Shown here: positions 16,658 to 28,536 of the stretch, piece after piece
Numbering within the stretch: position 1 is the stretch's first letter
Layout of the letters: each line of letters begins with the position of its first letter
NCBI GenBank assembly: GCA_019058365.1
Contig: JAHPZE010000004.1
Coordinates: 128,001-192,000 of the forward strand
Direction: 5' to 3'
DNA: 64,000 nt
Origin: Promethearchaeota archaeon
GTDB taxonomy: Archaea; Asgardarchaeota; Lokiarchaeia; Sigyniarchaeales; SOKP01
Translations under genes and position numbers: made by a program
The notes under the pieces: model-generated
What the model was told of the DNA's origin: nothing
What the model saw: the letters and a program-made list of their open reading frames with translations, nothing else
The model's database searches: none

Positions 16658-18523
16658 TTATACTATCCTTTTAAATAATTTATCTAATTCTTTATAAGAG
16701 AAAAATCTTAAAGTAGGTCTTCCATGGGCACAATGATAAGAATCTTTACATTTCGCTAATTCAATCAACAGATTTCTTATATCCTTTAGGGAGAGATCAT
16801 CGCCTCCTCTAATACTTTTATGACAAGATAAATAATTAATTATATCTTCTTTAACTTCTGTAAAGCTTTTTTCTTTTCCAATTTCTGTTATATCGCTAAT
16901 TATATCTTTTATAATATGAATATCTGGAATTTTTCCCATAATAATTGGTATTTCTCTTAAAATGAACGTGTTTCCGCCAAAATGATCAAAATTAAATCCT
17001 AACTTTCTAATTTCAGGTAGATTAGCTTCTAAGAATATCTTCTCACTTGGAGATACATCAATTTTTAGAGCTGATATTAATCTCTGTTTACTCATTTTTG
17101 AAGTTTCGTACGCTTCTGAGAATTTTTCTTTATTTATCCTTTCTGAAGCTGCATGCTGATCTAAAATAAATAATCCCTCTTCATTATTTTCGTTGATTCC
17201 TTCTAAAACAACATATATTTTATTATTTAGCTGACCTGTTTGAGAAATTAAGCGTATTTTGGGAAAGTTCTTTGAAATTATATATTTTTCTCGTAGAAAT
17301 GTCTCAGGTGACATTTTTTTTTGAACTTCATCATCAACCATCTGATCACTTAAAATTAATTGGACACTTGCTTCAGGTATTTTATATTCTTCTGAAGATA
17401 TTTCTTCATTTTTACGTATTTTCTTTTGCGATTCACTTAATTCCTTTGAAATTTGAGTTAATTTTTTCTCTTCTTTGGGTATAAAATCTTCTAAATCCGT
17501 GGATAAATATTTTGCCTCCTTGGTTATAAACTTATCTTCTACAATACTTTGAATAACGTTATATACTTTATTATATATAGATTCCTCTTTTTCAAATCTT
17601 ACATGAAGCTTCTTTGGGTGAACATTGAAGTCAATTACAGAAGGATCAAGCTCAAGAAATATAACAAAGAAAGGATATTTGCTTACCATTAGTGTTCCTT
17701 CATATGCTTCATTAATAGCTCTAAAAAGTACGTCACTAATAATATAGCGGTTGTTAATAAATAAGCTGGAATACGATCTGTTTTTTTTAGCAATTTGCGG
17801 ATGTCCTAATAGACCATAAACCCGTAATTTTATATCATTCTCCGTGTAATCAAATGGTTCCATGAAATTTGCGATTTTTTTTCCATAGATATGAAATACA
17901 GTTGTTTTTAAATCATTTAAAGCAGGACAGTTGAGGATGTCTAAATCATTATGGCGATATATGAAATGAAGTTTTGGGTATGCTAAAGAATATCTCTGGA
18001 CAATATCTGTAATATGACTCAATTCTGTTGCATCTGTTTTAAGAAACTTTTGTCTTGCTGGTAGATTATAAAATAGATTTTTCACTTGAATATTTGTTCC
18101 ACTAGGACAAGAGACTTTTTTATGATCTATGATTTTACTTCCTTCAATATGTAACTCTACACCTTTCTCTTCATACTCAACTCTAGAAATTATATCAACT
18201 TTGCTTACAGCTGCGATGCTGGCAAGTGCTTCTCCTCTAAAACCTAACGTAGAAAGGGTTTGTAAATCATTTATACATCTAATTTTACTACTTGTATGTC
18301 TCTCAAAGGCCATAATAATATCTTCTGATGGGATACCAATACCATTATCTATAACCTGGATTAACGATTTTCCAGCTCTCTTCACAATAATTTTTATTTC
18401 TGATGCTTGTGCGTCGATACTATTTTCAATAAGCTCTTTTACGATATTAACAGGTCTATCAACAACTTCTCCTGCTGCAATTTTATCTGCGTCAATAATT
18501 TTTTCAATTTTACTTACTTTCAC
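16658..18523 (-). CDS. mutL: DNA mismatch repair protein MutL
   Basis: IAAGEV, KELIENSIDA, GFRGEAL, DQHAASERINKE, CAHGRP. Confidence 0.97.
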   Translation of the reverse strand: MKVSKIEKIIDADKIAAGEVVDRPVNIVKELIENSIDAQASEIKIIVKRAGKSLIQVIDNGIGIPSEDIIMAFERHTSSKIRCINDLQTLSTLGFRGEALASIAAVSKVDIISRVEYEEKGVELHIEGSKIIDHKKVSCPSGTNIQVKNLFYNLPARQKFLKTDATELSHITDIVQRYSLAYPKLHFIYRHNDLDILNCPALNDLKTTVFHIYGKKIANFMEPFDYTENDIKLRVYGLLGHPQIAKKNRSYSSLFINNRYIISDVLFRAINEAYEGTLMVSKYPFFVIFLELDPSVIDFNVHPKKLHVRFEKEESIYNKVYNVIQSIVEDKFITKEAKYLSTDLEDFIPKEEKKLTQISKELSESQKKIRKNEEISSEEYKIPEASVQLILSDQMVDDEVQKKMSPETFLREKYIISKNFPKIRLISQTGQLNNKIYVVLEGINENNEEGLFILDQHAASERINKEKFSEAYETSKMSKQRLISALKIDVSPSEKIFLEANLPEIRKLGFNFDHFGGNTFILREIPIIMGKIPDIHIIKDIISDITEIGKEKSFTEVKEDIINYLSCHKSIRGGDDLSLKDIRNLLIELAKCKDSYHCAHGRPTLRFFSYKELDKLFKRIV

Positions 18524-18724
18524 AATTTTCTGACAGTTTTCCTAATTTTTTTAAATGCTATGATAAGATTATTAAACTAATATATTTCTCATTACAATCA
18601 AATTTAAAATATAACACTATTAAAGTTTAAATAAAATTTAGATCTAAGAGTGGTTTTAATTTAACCTTTAAATTGAAGGTAAGTCTTTTAAATTTCTTTT
18701 AATACTTTAATATAATTCGATCTA

Positions 18725-19663
18725 GTGCAAATTATGAGTAGTCAAAATACAATGAACGAAGAGGAAAAATATCCACTTCATTTGTATTTTATAGGTTTTT
18801 TCATTGTTATCACTATTGCTCTTATTTTATTAAGAATATTATTATATTCCTTTGAAATTTCTAAATGGATTCAAAACACGAAGGATATTGATTTTAAAAT
18901 ACTTATAGCAGGTATGGATAATGGTTTGATTAATTTCTATGACCCTGTTGCAATTTCAGATTGGCCTCCTTATTATCTTTATTTTTGGTATTTCATATTT
19001 TATCCAATATATATAATACCTTATAATACAATGATAGGGATTTATATTTGGGATGTTTTTAGATTGTTTTTAACGATTATAGTCATAAAAGAGTCACCAA
19101 AAGTATTTAAGAGTAAAAAAGATTTGCTAATTTTTTATTTAATGTGCATTATCGGCTTCAGTATTGATGCTTATTATAATAATGTTAATTTTTTAATTTT
19201 ATTCTTATTATTTAATTCATATGTGTATTTCGAAAGAGATAAAAAATGGATTGCAGGGATTTTATTTACCCTTGCTACGTTTAAGATTACAGCACTATTA
19301 TTTCTTCCCGTTTTACTTATCGCTAGAAAAATAAAATGGAAGGATCTTCTCTACTACTTAGTCCCTTTTTTTATAATTTGTATTCCTTATATAATATTCC
19401 CTAATTATTTCTTACAAATGTTTCATAATTGGTTTCATAGTGATGAACAAATACAGGGGTTTTTGATCTTGGATTCAATTATGTGGAAAGCTTTACAACC
19501 CTCACATTTAATGTTCATCGGCTTATTATTGATTATATTTTTAGAGAATCTTAAGAATGAGGATCGAAAAAATTTATACAGGGTTATTCTTGTTTCAATA
19601 ATATCAATTTATTATATTTATCTAACAACGATAGTTTTTATTATTCCAATAGTTCTTGGTTAG
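18725..19663 (+). CDS. Polytopic membrane protein, GT-C/GT87 (DUF2029)-like glycosyltransferase
   Basis: Many TM segments; PPYYLY, NNVN, AGILFTLATFK. Confidence 0.6.
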   Translation: MQIMSSQNTMNEEEKYPLHLYFIGFFIVITIALILLRILLYSFEISKWIQNTKDIDFKILIAGMDNGLINFYDPVAISDWPPYYLYFWYFIFYPIYIIPYNTMIGIYIWDVFRLFLTIIVIKESPKVFKSKKDLLIFYLMCIIGFSIDAYYNNVNFLILFLLFNSYVYFERDKKWIAGILFTLATFKITALLFLPVLLIARKIKWKDLLYYLVPFFIICIPYIIFPNYFLQMFHNWFHSDEQIQGFLILDSIMWKALQPSHLMFIGLLLIIFLENLKNEDRKNLYRVILVSIISIYYIYLTTIVFIIPIVLG

Positions 19664-22515
19664 TCAAGTTTTTCTATTTTATTTTTAAGTTCAATTAATT
19701 GGTTCTTTATTTTTTCTGGAACATCTGATTTCAATTCTATTTTATTAATGAAATTGACTAACTCTGTAATTTTATCCTTTTTATCAATAGGTTCAAATAA
19801 ACTTGTCTGTATATATTTTATCTTTTTAGGAATTTTATTCCCCTTAGATTCAATATTAAATGCTAATTCTTTAACATTTTCTTTTTTTTCATCCAGATCC
19901 TTTCTAATTTTGCTTAAATCTTCACTATATTCACTCAGCGATTCTTTAATAGCCTTTAATTCAGTGTTTAATTTATTAAGCTCATTTTTTTTTTCATTAA
20001 TAATTTTATCATAGTGCTTTCCTGTAGAGATATTTTCCCCATTTTCTCTTACTGTTGTTCTAAATGAATCTTTTTCTTCTATTTGTTCAAGGATTTCAAA
20101 TGCTCTTATTATCACATCATCTGGAATCCCTGCTAATTTAGCTACATGAATACCATAGGATTTATCTGTACTTCCCGGTTTTAATGTTCTCACAAAATTT
20201 ATACTGCCGTCGTCATTTTCAATAATATCTAAATGATAATTTTTTACTCCTGGTAAATTTATTTCTGTTAATTGATGATAATGGGTACTAAATAAAGTTT
20301 TAATTTTTAACTCATGGAGTTTTTCAAGAGTAGCCATTGCTATACTCTGACCATCACTAGTGCTTGTTCCCCTTCCTAATTCATCTATTATTATAAGGCT
20401 TTTTGGTGTAGCATAATTTAAAATTTTAGCTGTTTCAGTCATCTCAATCATAAAAGTGCTTAATTTTCGAGCTAGGTCATCTGAAGCCCCTATTCGTGTA
20501 AAAATTTGATCAATAATTCCAATTGTGGCGGATTTTGCTGGAACAAAGCAACCCATCTGCGCTATAATACATATTAAGGCTACCTGTCGTAAATATGTAG
20601 ATTTTCCAGCCATATTAGGGCCAGTAATAATTAATAATTGATCATTTTCATTATCTAAATAACAATCATTAGGAATAAATTGCTCATCCATATTTATTTG
20701 TTCAACTACGGGATGTCTACCATCCTTAATTATGATTTTGTTTTCTTTATAGATAATTGGTCTACAATAATTATAATTTTCTGCAACTTCAGCAAAACAT
20801 GCGAGAACATCAATGATTGCTATATTTTGCGCAGTTTCAAGGATATTTTTAGTTTCTTTTTCAACTTTTTCTCGAATAGTATTGAAAATTTCATATTCTA
20901 AGTCATTGATTTTTTCTTCAGCATTCACAATTTTATCTTCAAGTTCTTTTAATTTTTTAGTTGTATATCTTTTTGCATTTTTGAGCGTTGCTCTTTCAAC
21001 GTATTCTTCGGGAACCTTTCCGATATTGCTCAGAGTTCTCAATGTAATTTCGATATAATAACCAAGGATATTGTTAAATCCAACTTTTAACCCTGTTGTT
21101 AAGTTCCACCGCTTCTTCTGCTCTTGTTCATATTCTAAAACATATTTTTTTCCATTATGAATTATATCCCTAAGCTGATCTACTTCATTGTTAAAACCAT
21201 CTTTTATAAGATTCCCTTCTCTGATTGTGGTTGGGGGATTATCTTTTATTGAGACATTAATTAAGTTTTTTATATCATTAAAAGCTCCAATTTTTGAAAC
21301 AAATTTGAAAATTTCAGGAATCTCTGCTTTTTCCAATAATTCTTTAATTTTTGGAATTATTTCTAATGAATTTTTAATATTAATTAAATCTCGAGCATTT
21401 GTACGGCCAATATAATTAATTCTATTAATGAATCTCTCAAGATCACCAATAACTCTCAAATCCTCTCTTAAATCTGATCTTAAAAAGATATCATCCTTAA
21501 ATTTCTGAACTACATTAAGTCTCTGATTTATTTCATCAACATCTGTTAAAGGTTGGAGAATAAACTTTTTTAATAAACGTGCTCCCATGGGTGTATATGT
21601 GTGGTTGAAGATAGAATATAATGTAGAATCTTTTCCTCTCTCCCATAAAGAATTAATCAATTCTAAATTTCTTTGAGTAATATAGTCTAAGTGTAATATA
21701 TTTTTTTCTTGGATGAGATTAATTTTATAAATATTAGGGATTATGTCTCGTTGGGAGTCCTTTAAAAAAGCTAATAGCCCTCCAATAGCTTGAATTGCCA
21801 TCTCTTTTCCTTCTAGACCAAAGCTATTCAGATTTGTAATTTGAAAATGACGTGTAATTAGCGTATAAGCCTCATCATATAAAAAAACATGATCTTCATA
21901 GGTTTTTATGATTGCTTTTGTTAGATCTGTTAAAAGTATAAAAAGTCTTTCGTCTTTTTTTAGTTCGGGAGGAACAATTAATTCAACTGGATCAAATTGA
22001 GAAAGCAAGCTAAGTAATTTTTCCTGTGGATCTTGTTCTTTACTTAAGAATTCTGTTGCAACGAATTCTCCTGTAGATATATCAGTAAAAGCAACGCCAT
22101 ATCCATTTCTTTCTTTTACCATAGACCCAATATAATTATTTTCATTCGATTTTAACAAATTTGGTTCTATTATTGTACCTGGTGAAAGTATTCGAGTTAC
22201 TCCTCGTTTAACAATTCTTCCCTTCACTGTAGCAGGATCTTCTAATTGATCGACTATGACTAACGTTTCACCAAGATTCATAAGATTGTTAAAATAATTA
22301 TGACCCGAATGGTGCGGAATTCCTGCCAAAGGAACCTCTCCTCTTTTCGTAAGAGTTATTCCTAAAAGTTTTGAAATTCTTTCTGCATCATTATAGAAGA
22401 ATTCATAGAAATCACCCATTCGATATGCAATGAGATCCTCTGGAGGAAACCTTTTACGAATAGAATACCAATGTTTCAACATAGGAGTTAGTTTCTTAGG
22501 GTTTATTTCCTCCAT
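19660..22515 (-). CDS. mutS: DNA mismatch repair protein MutS (MutS1) with C-terminal coiled-coil extension
   Basis: RMGDFYEFF, GRHPVVE, GPNMAGKST, DELGRGT, STHY, SYGIHVA. Confidence 0.97.
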   Translation of the reverse strand: MEEINPKKLTPMLKHWYSIRKRFPPEDLIAYRMGDFYEFFYNDAERISKLLGITLTKRGEVPLAGIPHHSGHNYFNNLMNLGETLVIVDQLEDPATVKGRIVKRGVTRILSPGTIIEPNLLKSNENNYIGSMVKERNGYGVAFTDISTGEFVATEFLSKEQDPQEKLLSLLSQFDPVELIVPPELKKDERLFILLTDLTKAIIKTYEDHVFLYDEAYTLITRHFQITNLNSFGLEGKEMAIQAIGGLLAFLKDSQRDIIPNIYKINLIQEKNILHLDYITQRNLELINSLWERGKDSTLYSIFNHTYTPMGARLLKKFILQPLTDVDEINQRLNVVQKFKDDIFLRSDLREDLRVIGDLERFINRINYIGRTNARDLINIKNSLEIIPKIKELLEKAEIPEIFKFVSKIGAFNDIKNLINVSIKDNPPTTIREGNLIKDGFNNEVDQLRDIIHNGKKYVLEYEQEQKKRWNLTTGLKVGFNNILGYYIEITLRTLSNIGKVPEEYVERATLKNAKRYTTKKLKELEDKIVNAEEKINDLEYEIFNTIREKVEKETKNILETAQNIAIIDVLACFAEVAENYNYCRPIIYKENKIIIKDGRHPVVEQINMDEQFIPNDCYLDNENDQLLIITGPNMAGKSTYLRQVALICIIAQMGCFVPAKSATIGIIDQIFTRIGASDDLARKLSTFMIEMTETAKILNYATPKSLIIIDELGRGTSTSDGQSIAMATLEKLHELKIKTLFSTHYHQLTEINLPGVKNYHLDIIENDDGSINFVRTLKPGSTDKSYGIHVAKLAGIPDDVIIRAFEILEQIEEKDSFRTTVRENGENISTGKHYDKIINEKKNELNKLNTELKAIKESLSEYSEDLSKIRKDLDEKKENVKELAFNIESKGNKIPKKIKYIQTSLFEPIDKKDKITELVNFINKIELKSDVPEKIKNQLIELKNKIEKLD

Positions 22516-23184
22516 AATTTAATCATTAGAAAGTTAAATGAGAATAATCATCAATATAATCTATTATAACAGTAATTTAATAATAAACGCATTTGTTAAA
22601 TTTTTAATAACAATAATAATGAAGATAATTTGATTTTTTATTATTCTTAGGAGACCTCCAAAATAATAAGAAATTACCTAAGATTTTAAACTATAATTTC
22701 AGAATTTAACCAATCTTTTGAAATTACGTGCTTTATAATCAAATCTTGGCATTTTAGGTAGTTTTGTCCTTGTTCTATGTTTTTTAAGTATCATATATCT
22801 AAAATCTGCATTCTTCCTGAGGATTTCCGCCTTATCATTTTAAATCTATGATAATAAAATACAATTACGATTAGCTCAAAGAATATCAATGTATCTAAAA
22901 TGTCTCTGAGTCAAGTGAAAATAGAATTGAATAGAGAGATTCATTGACAAATCTGTAAAAGTTACATTAAAAAAATATGTATAAGAAATCCAGCAATATG
23001 ATTCCTATAAAGAAATCATTAAATAATAAGTTATTCTCTTATTATCCTTTATTATTTTTATTTTAACAAATTTAAAATTTTACCAAATTATTAAATACAA
23101 CTTTTGCTTCCATTATTTGGGATATTAAATTTTACTTATTAGATATAAGATATAGTATAAGATTTATAAAAAAGGTAATTAAAA

Positions 23185-26100
23185 TTGTCAGATTCAGTTG
23201 ATAAATCAATAATTTCAGAGCAAAAGTTTGAAACTCTCTTTAAAGGTATGCCTTTTCCTTTATATGTTTGGAAAATAATTGAGAACGATTTGATTTTGGT
23301 TGAGTATAATTATTCCGCTGAAAAAATAACTAATGGTCAAATTAAAAACTATTTAGGATGTAAAGCGTCAGAATTTTATAAAGACCAATTTGAATTATAT
23401 GAAGGACTTTATCAATGTGTAAATTCTCAATGTGATGTTTTCAAGGAAGTTAAATCTATTTGTATAACTTCAGGAGAAGAAAAGTTTTTATCTGTTTATT
23501 ATAATTATATCCCTCCTGATTTAGTTTTAGTTCAAACAGGAGATATTACGGAACGGAAGAAAACAGAACAAAAATTGAAAGCGTCCGAAGAAAAATATAA
23601 GAGTATAGCTGAATTTTTACCAGATATTATCTATGAGATTGATAAAAGTGGGAAGTTGTCTTATGTTAATCCTGAGGGTTATGAAAAATTTAATTATCAA
23701 AAAGATGAAGTCATAGGAAAGATGAGTATGATTCAATTTGTTCTACCTGAGCAAAGAGAAAAATTAATCAGAAACGTAAATAAATTCTTTTCAGGGGAAT
23801 TAATTGAGCCAGATATATATACTTTTCAAAAAAAAGATGGAACCACTTTTTATGGGAGGGTACATTCACGTCCTATCTATAAAGAAGGAAAGATCGTAGG
23901 GATAAGGGGAGTACTTCATGATATTCATGAATTAGTTGAAATTGAAGAAAGATTAAAAAAATTAAATTTGGAATTAGAAAAAAGAGTTGAAGAAAGGACA
24001 AAGGAATTAAGAGAATCCGAAGAACAATATCGTACTATAATAAATTCTTTAGCTGATCCTCTAGATGTCGTAGATAGAGATTTAAAGATTCTCCTGATTA
24101 ATCCTGCTTTTGAATTATGGCTCGATAATTTAGGTATTGAGAAAAATGTTGTAGGAAAGATTATTTTTGAAGCGTTCCCATTCTTACCAAAAGAAATTCG
24201 CGAGGATTATAAGCAAATTTTCGATACTGGAAAACTTCAATCTAGTGAAGGGAGCACTTTTATAGATGATAAAGTAATCATTACTGAAACACTTAGAATT
24301 CCAATTTTTAAGGAAGGGCATGTTAATCAAGTAATGGTTATTACAAGAGATATAACTGAGCGAAAAAGGGCAGAAATGAAAATAAAAGAGTCAGAAGAAA
24401 AATACCGCCTTCTAACAGAAAATATCAATGATCTAATCGCTGTTATAGATGATAAATTCCAAATCGAATATATTAATGAAGAGGTCCATAAGAAAGTATT
24501 AGGTACAACCATAAATGATCTATTAGGAAAAAATATTTTGGATTTTGTGAATCCTGATGATAGAGTGAAAGGGTTTAATTCGTTACTGAATGGCATTAAA
24601 AATAAAGAAGGAATGATGGATATAAGAGTTTTGAATCGAACAGGTCATTACATTTGGTTTGAAGTAAAAGGAAAGGCTTTTTTAGATAATAAAGGAGAAT
24701 TAAAAGGAATATTGATTGCAAGAGATATTACAGAGCGTAAACAAGCAGAAGAAAAGCTTCGAGAGAGTGAAGAACGTTACCGTACATTGGTTGAGACTAT
24801 GACTGACGGGTTAGCTGCCATAGATGAAAATAATAACTTTACCTACATTAATATAAGTTTCAGCAAGATGATTGGATACTCCAATGATGAACTTCTTGGT
24901 ACCCAGGTCTTCAATTATCTTGATAAAAAGAATCAAAGTATAGTAGAAGAACAGTTAAAGCAGCGAAGGAAAGGAGTAACAAAACCCTATGAGCTTGTAT
25001 GGACTCGGAAAGACAGACATAAAGTTTACACAATTATGGCTCCAAAACCGCTTATTGATGTAGAAGGAAATTATGTAGGGGCCTTTGGGGTGATCACAAA
25101 CATTACTGAACGTATAATAGCAGAACAAAAATTGATGGAATCTGAAGCGAAATATCGCAATTTATTCGAAAGCTCTCCTGCTATGATTGTTTTAATAAAC
25201 CCGAATGGAAAGATAATTGACGTAAATCCAGCAACACTGGCACAATATGGATTTGAAAGAAACGATTTTATAAATAAGGATTTTAATGAGCTAAATAACT
25301 ATCTACCGGAGAATTTGCCTTTTTTGGTAAAGAAATTTAAAGAACTATTAATTGAAGGCATCTTGGAACCTATTGAACTTCCATTTTATACCAAAGACAA
25401 AAATATCATTTGGGTTAATATTCAAGGATCTTCAGTAAAGATTGGTGATGAAACTTATATTCAAACAGTAATACAAGATATTAATGAGCGGAAAATGGCA
25501 GAATTAAAAATAAAGGAATCAGAAGAGAAATTAAAAACATTAAATGATACTTTTCTAAAATTCACAGATGATCCCCTTAAAAATATACAATTACTTGTCG
25601 AAGCAGCAGGAAAACTAATTTCTAGTGAATGTGCTACGTATAATAAACTAATTGATGTAAATGGAAAAGAAATATTAAAAACTATTGCAATATGGCAAGA
25701 ACCAACAGACCTTAAACGCGAAGATAATCCAATTGGGCATATATTTACAGACATAATCAATATGGGTCTCGATGAGATTGTCATATTAAAGGATTTAGAC
25801 AAAACAAAATATGCGAAAACTGATCCAAATGTTCAAAAATATAATTTAAAACAATATTGCGGTATTGCAATAAGACTAAATAATAAACCAATTGCATCCT
25901 TTTGCCTATTGTATACGAAAAATAGAGAAATGAGTGAGGTCGATAAAGATATAATAAGAATTCTAGCTAAATCGGCTTCTATTGAGGAACAACGGTTATA
26001 TTCTTATCAACAAATTAAAGAATCTGAACATAAATTTAAATTAATTTTTGATTCTATCCCAGATCTCTTTTTCTTAATAAATAAAGAGACAAGAATTTTA

Positions 26101-27477
26101 TCATTTAGAGGAAGAGAAGAAGATTTCTATGTACCATCAGAGAAATTAATAAATAGTAAATTAAACGAACTACTTCCGGGAGATCTTGCTGATCGTAATT
26201 ATATTGCTGCTCAGAAAACATTATTAACAAAACAACCTCAGATAATCGAATATGAATTACCAATATATGGAGTAAATAGATATTTTGAGGCACGTCATCT
26301 TTATTTTTCTGAAAATCAAGTGGCTATATTTATACGTGAAATAACAGCTCGTAAAAAAGCAGAACAAGAATTAATTCAATCAGAAGAAAAATATAGACAA
26401 CTATTTGAGAATTCCCCCGAAATAATTGTATTAACAAGCCCAGATGGAGTTATTTTAGACGTTAATTCAGGTATTGAAAAAACTCTCGGTTTTAAAAAAG
26501 AAGAAGTAATAGGACACCCTTATTACAAATTTGGGATATGTGATTCAAATCAAATATCTATAATTAAACACAGATATGAAGATTCATTATTAGGAAAAAG
26601 AAAAAAGTTTGAGGAATTCCAAGTAAAAAGAAAAGATGGCAGTAGTTTATGGGTTTTATATCAGACTACAATTGTCAAATTAGGAAATCAACATTGTATT
26701 CTTACTATGGCACAAGATATCACTGAGATAAAAAAGGCAGAAAAATTAATTGAACAAGAACTTATTAAACTTAAAGAACTTGATGATATAAAAAATGAAT
26801 TGATTACTCGAGCTTCGCATGAATTAAAGACACCATTAACCTCTATTTTAGGTTCTACAGATTTACTCTTAACTTTATATCATGATGCTTACAATAATGA
26901 AATAAAAGAACTTATTAATATGATACATAAAGGAGCAAAAAGATTAGAAAATTTAATCAAAAATACAATAGATATTTCACTTATAGAGTCAAAAACTATC
27001 TCTTTTAGGAGAACAAGGGAGGATATTGGGAAACTTATTAATGAATGTATGGATGATTTGATATATTTAGCTGACAAAAGGGAATTATCATTTGAAATTA
27101 ATATCCAAGAAAATGTTTTTATTCAAATTGATAAAAATAAAGTTATACAAGTAATAAAAAATATAATATCGAATGCTATAAAAAATACACCTCTAAAAGG
27201 AAAAGTTTCAATCAATTTAAAAAGAATGAAAAAATATATAGAGATATCAATAAAGGATACAGGTGTAGGATTTACTGGAACTGAATTACAAAGAATTTTT
27301 CAAAAATTTGGAAAAATTGAAAGATATGGTAAAGATTTCGATGTGGATATAGAAGGTCCAGGACTTGGATTATATCTAGCAAAACAAATCATTGAAATGC
27401 ATAAAGGCAAAATTTGGGCAGAATCTGAAGGATTACATAAGGGAGCAACTTTTATTATCGAATTACCAATTGACTAA
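23185..27477 (+). CDS. Multi-PAS/GAF sensor histidine kinase
   Basis: Repeated DITERK..ESEEKYR linkers, SHELKTPL, NAIK, DTGVG, GLGL. Confidence 0.93.
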   Translation: MSDSVDKSIISEQKFETLFKGMPFPLYVWKIIENDLILVEYNYSAEKITNGQIKNYLGCKASEFYKDQFELYEGLYQCVNSQCDVFKEVKSICITSGEEKFLSVYYNYIPPDLVLVQTGDITERKKTEQKLKASEEKYKSIAEFLPDIIYEIDKSGKLSYVNPEGYEKFNYQKDEVIGKMSMIQFVLPEQREKLIRNVNKFFSGELIEPDIYTFQKKDGTTFYGRVHSRPIYKEGKIVGIRGVLHDIHELVEIEERLKKLNLELEKRVEERTKELRESEEQYRTIINSLADPLDVVDRDLKILLINPAFELWLDNLGIEKNVVGKIIFEAFPFLPKEIREDYKQIFDTGKLQSSEGSTFIDDKVIITETLRIPIFKEGHVNQVMVITRDITERKRAEMKIKESEEKYRLLTENINDLIAVIDDKFQIEYINEEVHKKVLGTTINDLLGKNILDFVNPDDRVKGFNSLLNGIKNKEGMMDIRVLNRTGHYIWFEVKGKAFLDNKGELKGILIARDITERKQAEEKLRESEERYRTLVETMTDGLAAIDENNNFTYINISFSKMIGYSNDELLGTQVFNYLDKKNQSIVEEQLKQRRKGVTKPYELVWTRKDRHKVYTIMAPKPLIDVEGNYVGAFGVITNITERIIAEQKLMESEAKYRNLFESSPAMIVLINPNGKIIDVNPATLAQYGFERNDFINKDFNELNNYLPENLPFLVKKFKELLIEGILEPIELPFYTKDKNIIWVNIQGSSVKIGDETYIQTVIQDINERKMAELKIKESEEKLKTLNDTFLKFTDDPLKNIQLLVEAAGKLISSECATYNKLIDVNGKEILKTIAIWQEPTDLKREDNPIGHIFTDIINMGLDEIVILKDLDKTKYAKTDPNVQKYNLKQYCGIAIRLNNKPIASFCLLYTKNREMSEVDKDIIRILAKSASIEEQRLYSYQQIKESEHKFKLIFDSIPDLFFLINKETRILSFRGREEDFYVPSEKLINSKLNELLPGDLADRNYIAAQKTLLTKQPQIIEYELPIYGVNRYFEARHLYFSENQVAIFIREITARKKAEQELIQSEEKYRQLFENSPEIIVLTSPDGVILDVNSGIEKTLGFKKEEVIGHPYYKFGICDSNQISIIKHRYEDSLLGKRKKFEEFQVKRKDGSSLWVLYQTTIVKLGNQHCILTMAQDITEIKKAEKLIEQELIKLKELDDIKNELITRASHELKTPLTSILGSTDLLLTLYHDAYNNEIKELINMIHKGAKRLENLIKNTIDISLIESKTISFRRTREDIGKLINECMDDLIYLADKRELSFEINIQENVFIQIDKNKVIQVIKNIISNAIKNTPLKGKVSINLKRMKKYIEISIKDTGVGFTGTELQRIFQKFGKIERYGKDFDVDIEGPGLGLYLAKQIIEMHKGKIWAESEGLHKGATFIIELPID

Positions 27478-27690
27478 GTATTCAGTAATATGTTTTTTAC
27501 ATTACTAGTTTGTCCGAAAGAAGGTTTTATTAAAAAAAATACGAGAACATTACTAACTACTAATGCTAATAGACTTATTACTAAAATTTTTAAGATTTTC
27601 TTGTTAGATTTTGACATAATTATCATGTAAAATTAATTGAATTTAGCAATCAATAATAAATAGTTCTAAAAAACATTTTTTATTATTATG

Positions 27691-28536
27691 TTATAAATGT
27701 TTTTCAAGCCATACAAACATATCTTGATATACTTGAGCTCTGCCCTTTTCATTCCATAACTCATGGAGAAATCCATCATATTCTCGATAAGTCTTGTCTT
27801 TACTTCCAATTTGTTCGAAAAATTCTTTTGACTTTTCTTTATCTATAATCTTATCATCACCAGCTTGCATTATTAATACAGGGCATAGTAAATTTGATGC
27901 ATTATCGATCGCCCATTTTGAAAATCTATCAATTTCTGTGGCCGATTTGGCTGAAATTACTTCAATTTTGTGTTTATCTACAATATGTTGTCGTAAGATT
28001 TTTAAATCACTTGTTAATTGATTCTGATCAATAATATTATCTAATATCTTATTAGGAGCTAATTTAACAAGAGTTTTTGATAGTGATTTTATAACTTTTT
28101 TTCCCATTGATAGTTTTAAAAACATACCTAAAAGTGGTGAGGAAACTAATACTCCTGATAATTTCGGGTGATGTATTGCATAAATTAAACCAACTAAACC
28201 TCCAAAAGAATGACCCATCAAAAATATTTTTTTTTCTTTAGCAATTTCGCGGATTAAATCCATAAAAAGAAGTGTATCTTTTTGGATGTGATCCATGCTC
28301 TCTATATGGCCGAGTAAATCACCAGTGTTTCTCCAATGTCCCCGTAAATCAAATGCGTAAACGGCATATCCTTTATTTGTGAAATATTCCGCAAGAATTT
28401 TTAATCTATCAGAATGAGTTCCCCATCCATGAATTGCTATGATATAAGCTTTAATTTCTCCAGAGTCAGGCAACCAATATTGATAGAATAATTTTTTCAA
28501 TTCCCTTCCTTCAAAATATCCAGTTTCATTTTTCAT
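27691..28536 (-). CDS. Alpha/beta hydrolase (lysophospholipase/monoglyceride lipase family)
   Basis: HGWGTH, DLRGH, GHSFGG, HELWNE. Confidence 0.88.
   Translation of the reverse strand: MKNETGYFEGRELKKLFYQYWLPDSGEIKAYIIAIHGWGTHSDRLKILAEYFTNKGYAVYAFDLRGHWRNTGDLLGHIESMDHIQKDTLLFMDLIREIAKEKKIFLMGHSFGGLVGLIYAIHHPKLSGVLVSSPLLGMFLKLSMGKKVIKSLSKTLVKLAPNKILDNIIDQNQLTSDLKILRQHIVDKHKIEVISAKSATEIDRFSKWAIDNASNLLCPVLIMQAGDDKIIDKEKSKEFFEQIGSKDKTYREYDGFLHELWNEKGRAQVYQDMFVWLEKHL

Noticed and set aside
22516-23184. Long intergenic region with a short basic minus-strand frame (MILKKHRTRTKLPKMPRFDYKARNFKRLVKF)
   Set aside because: Only 31 codons, no RBS or family resemblance
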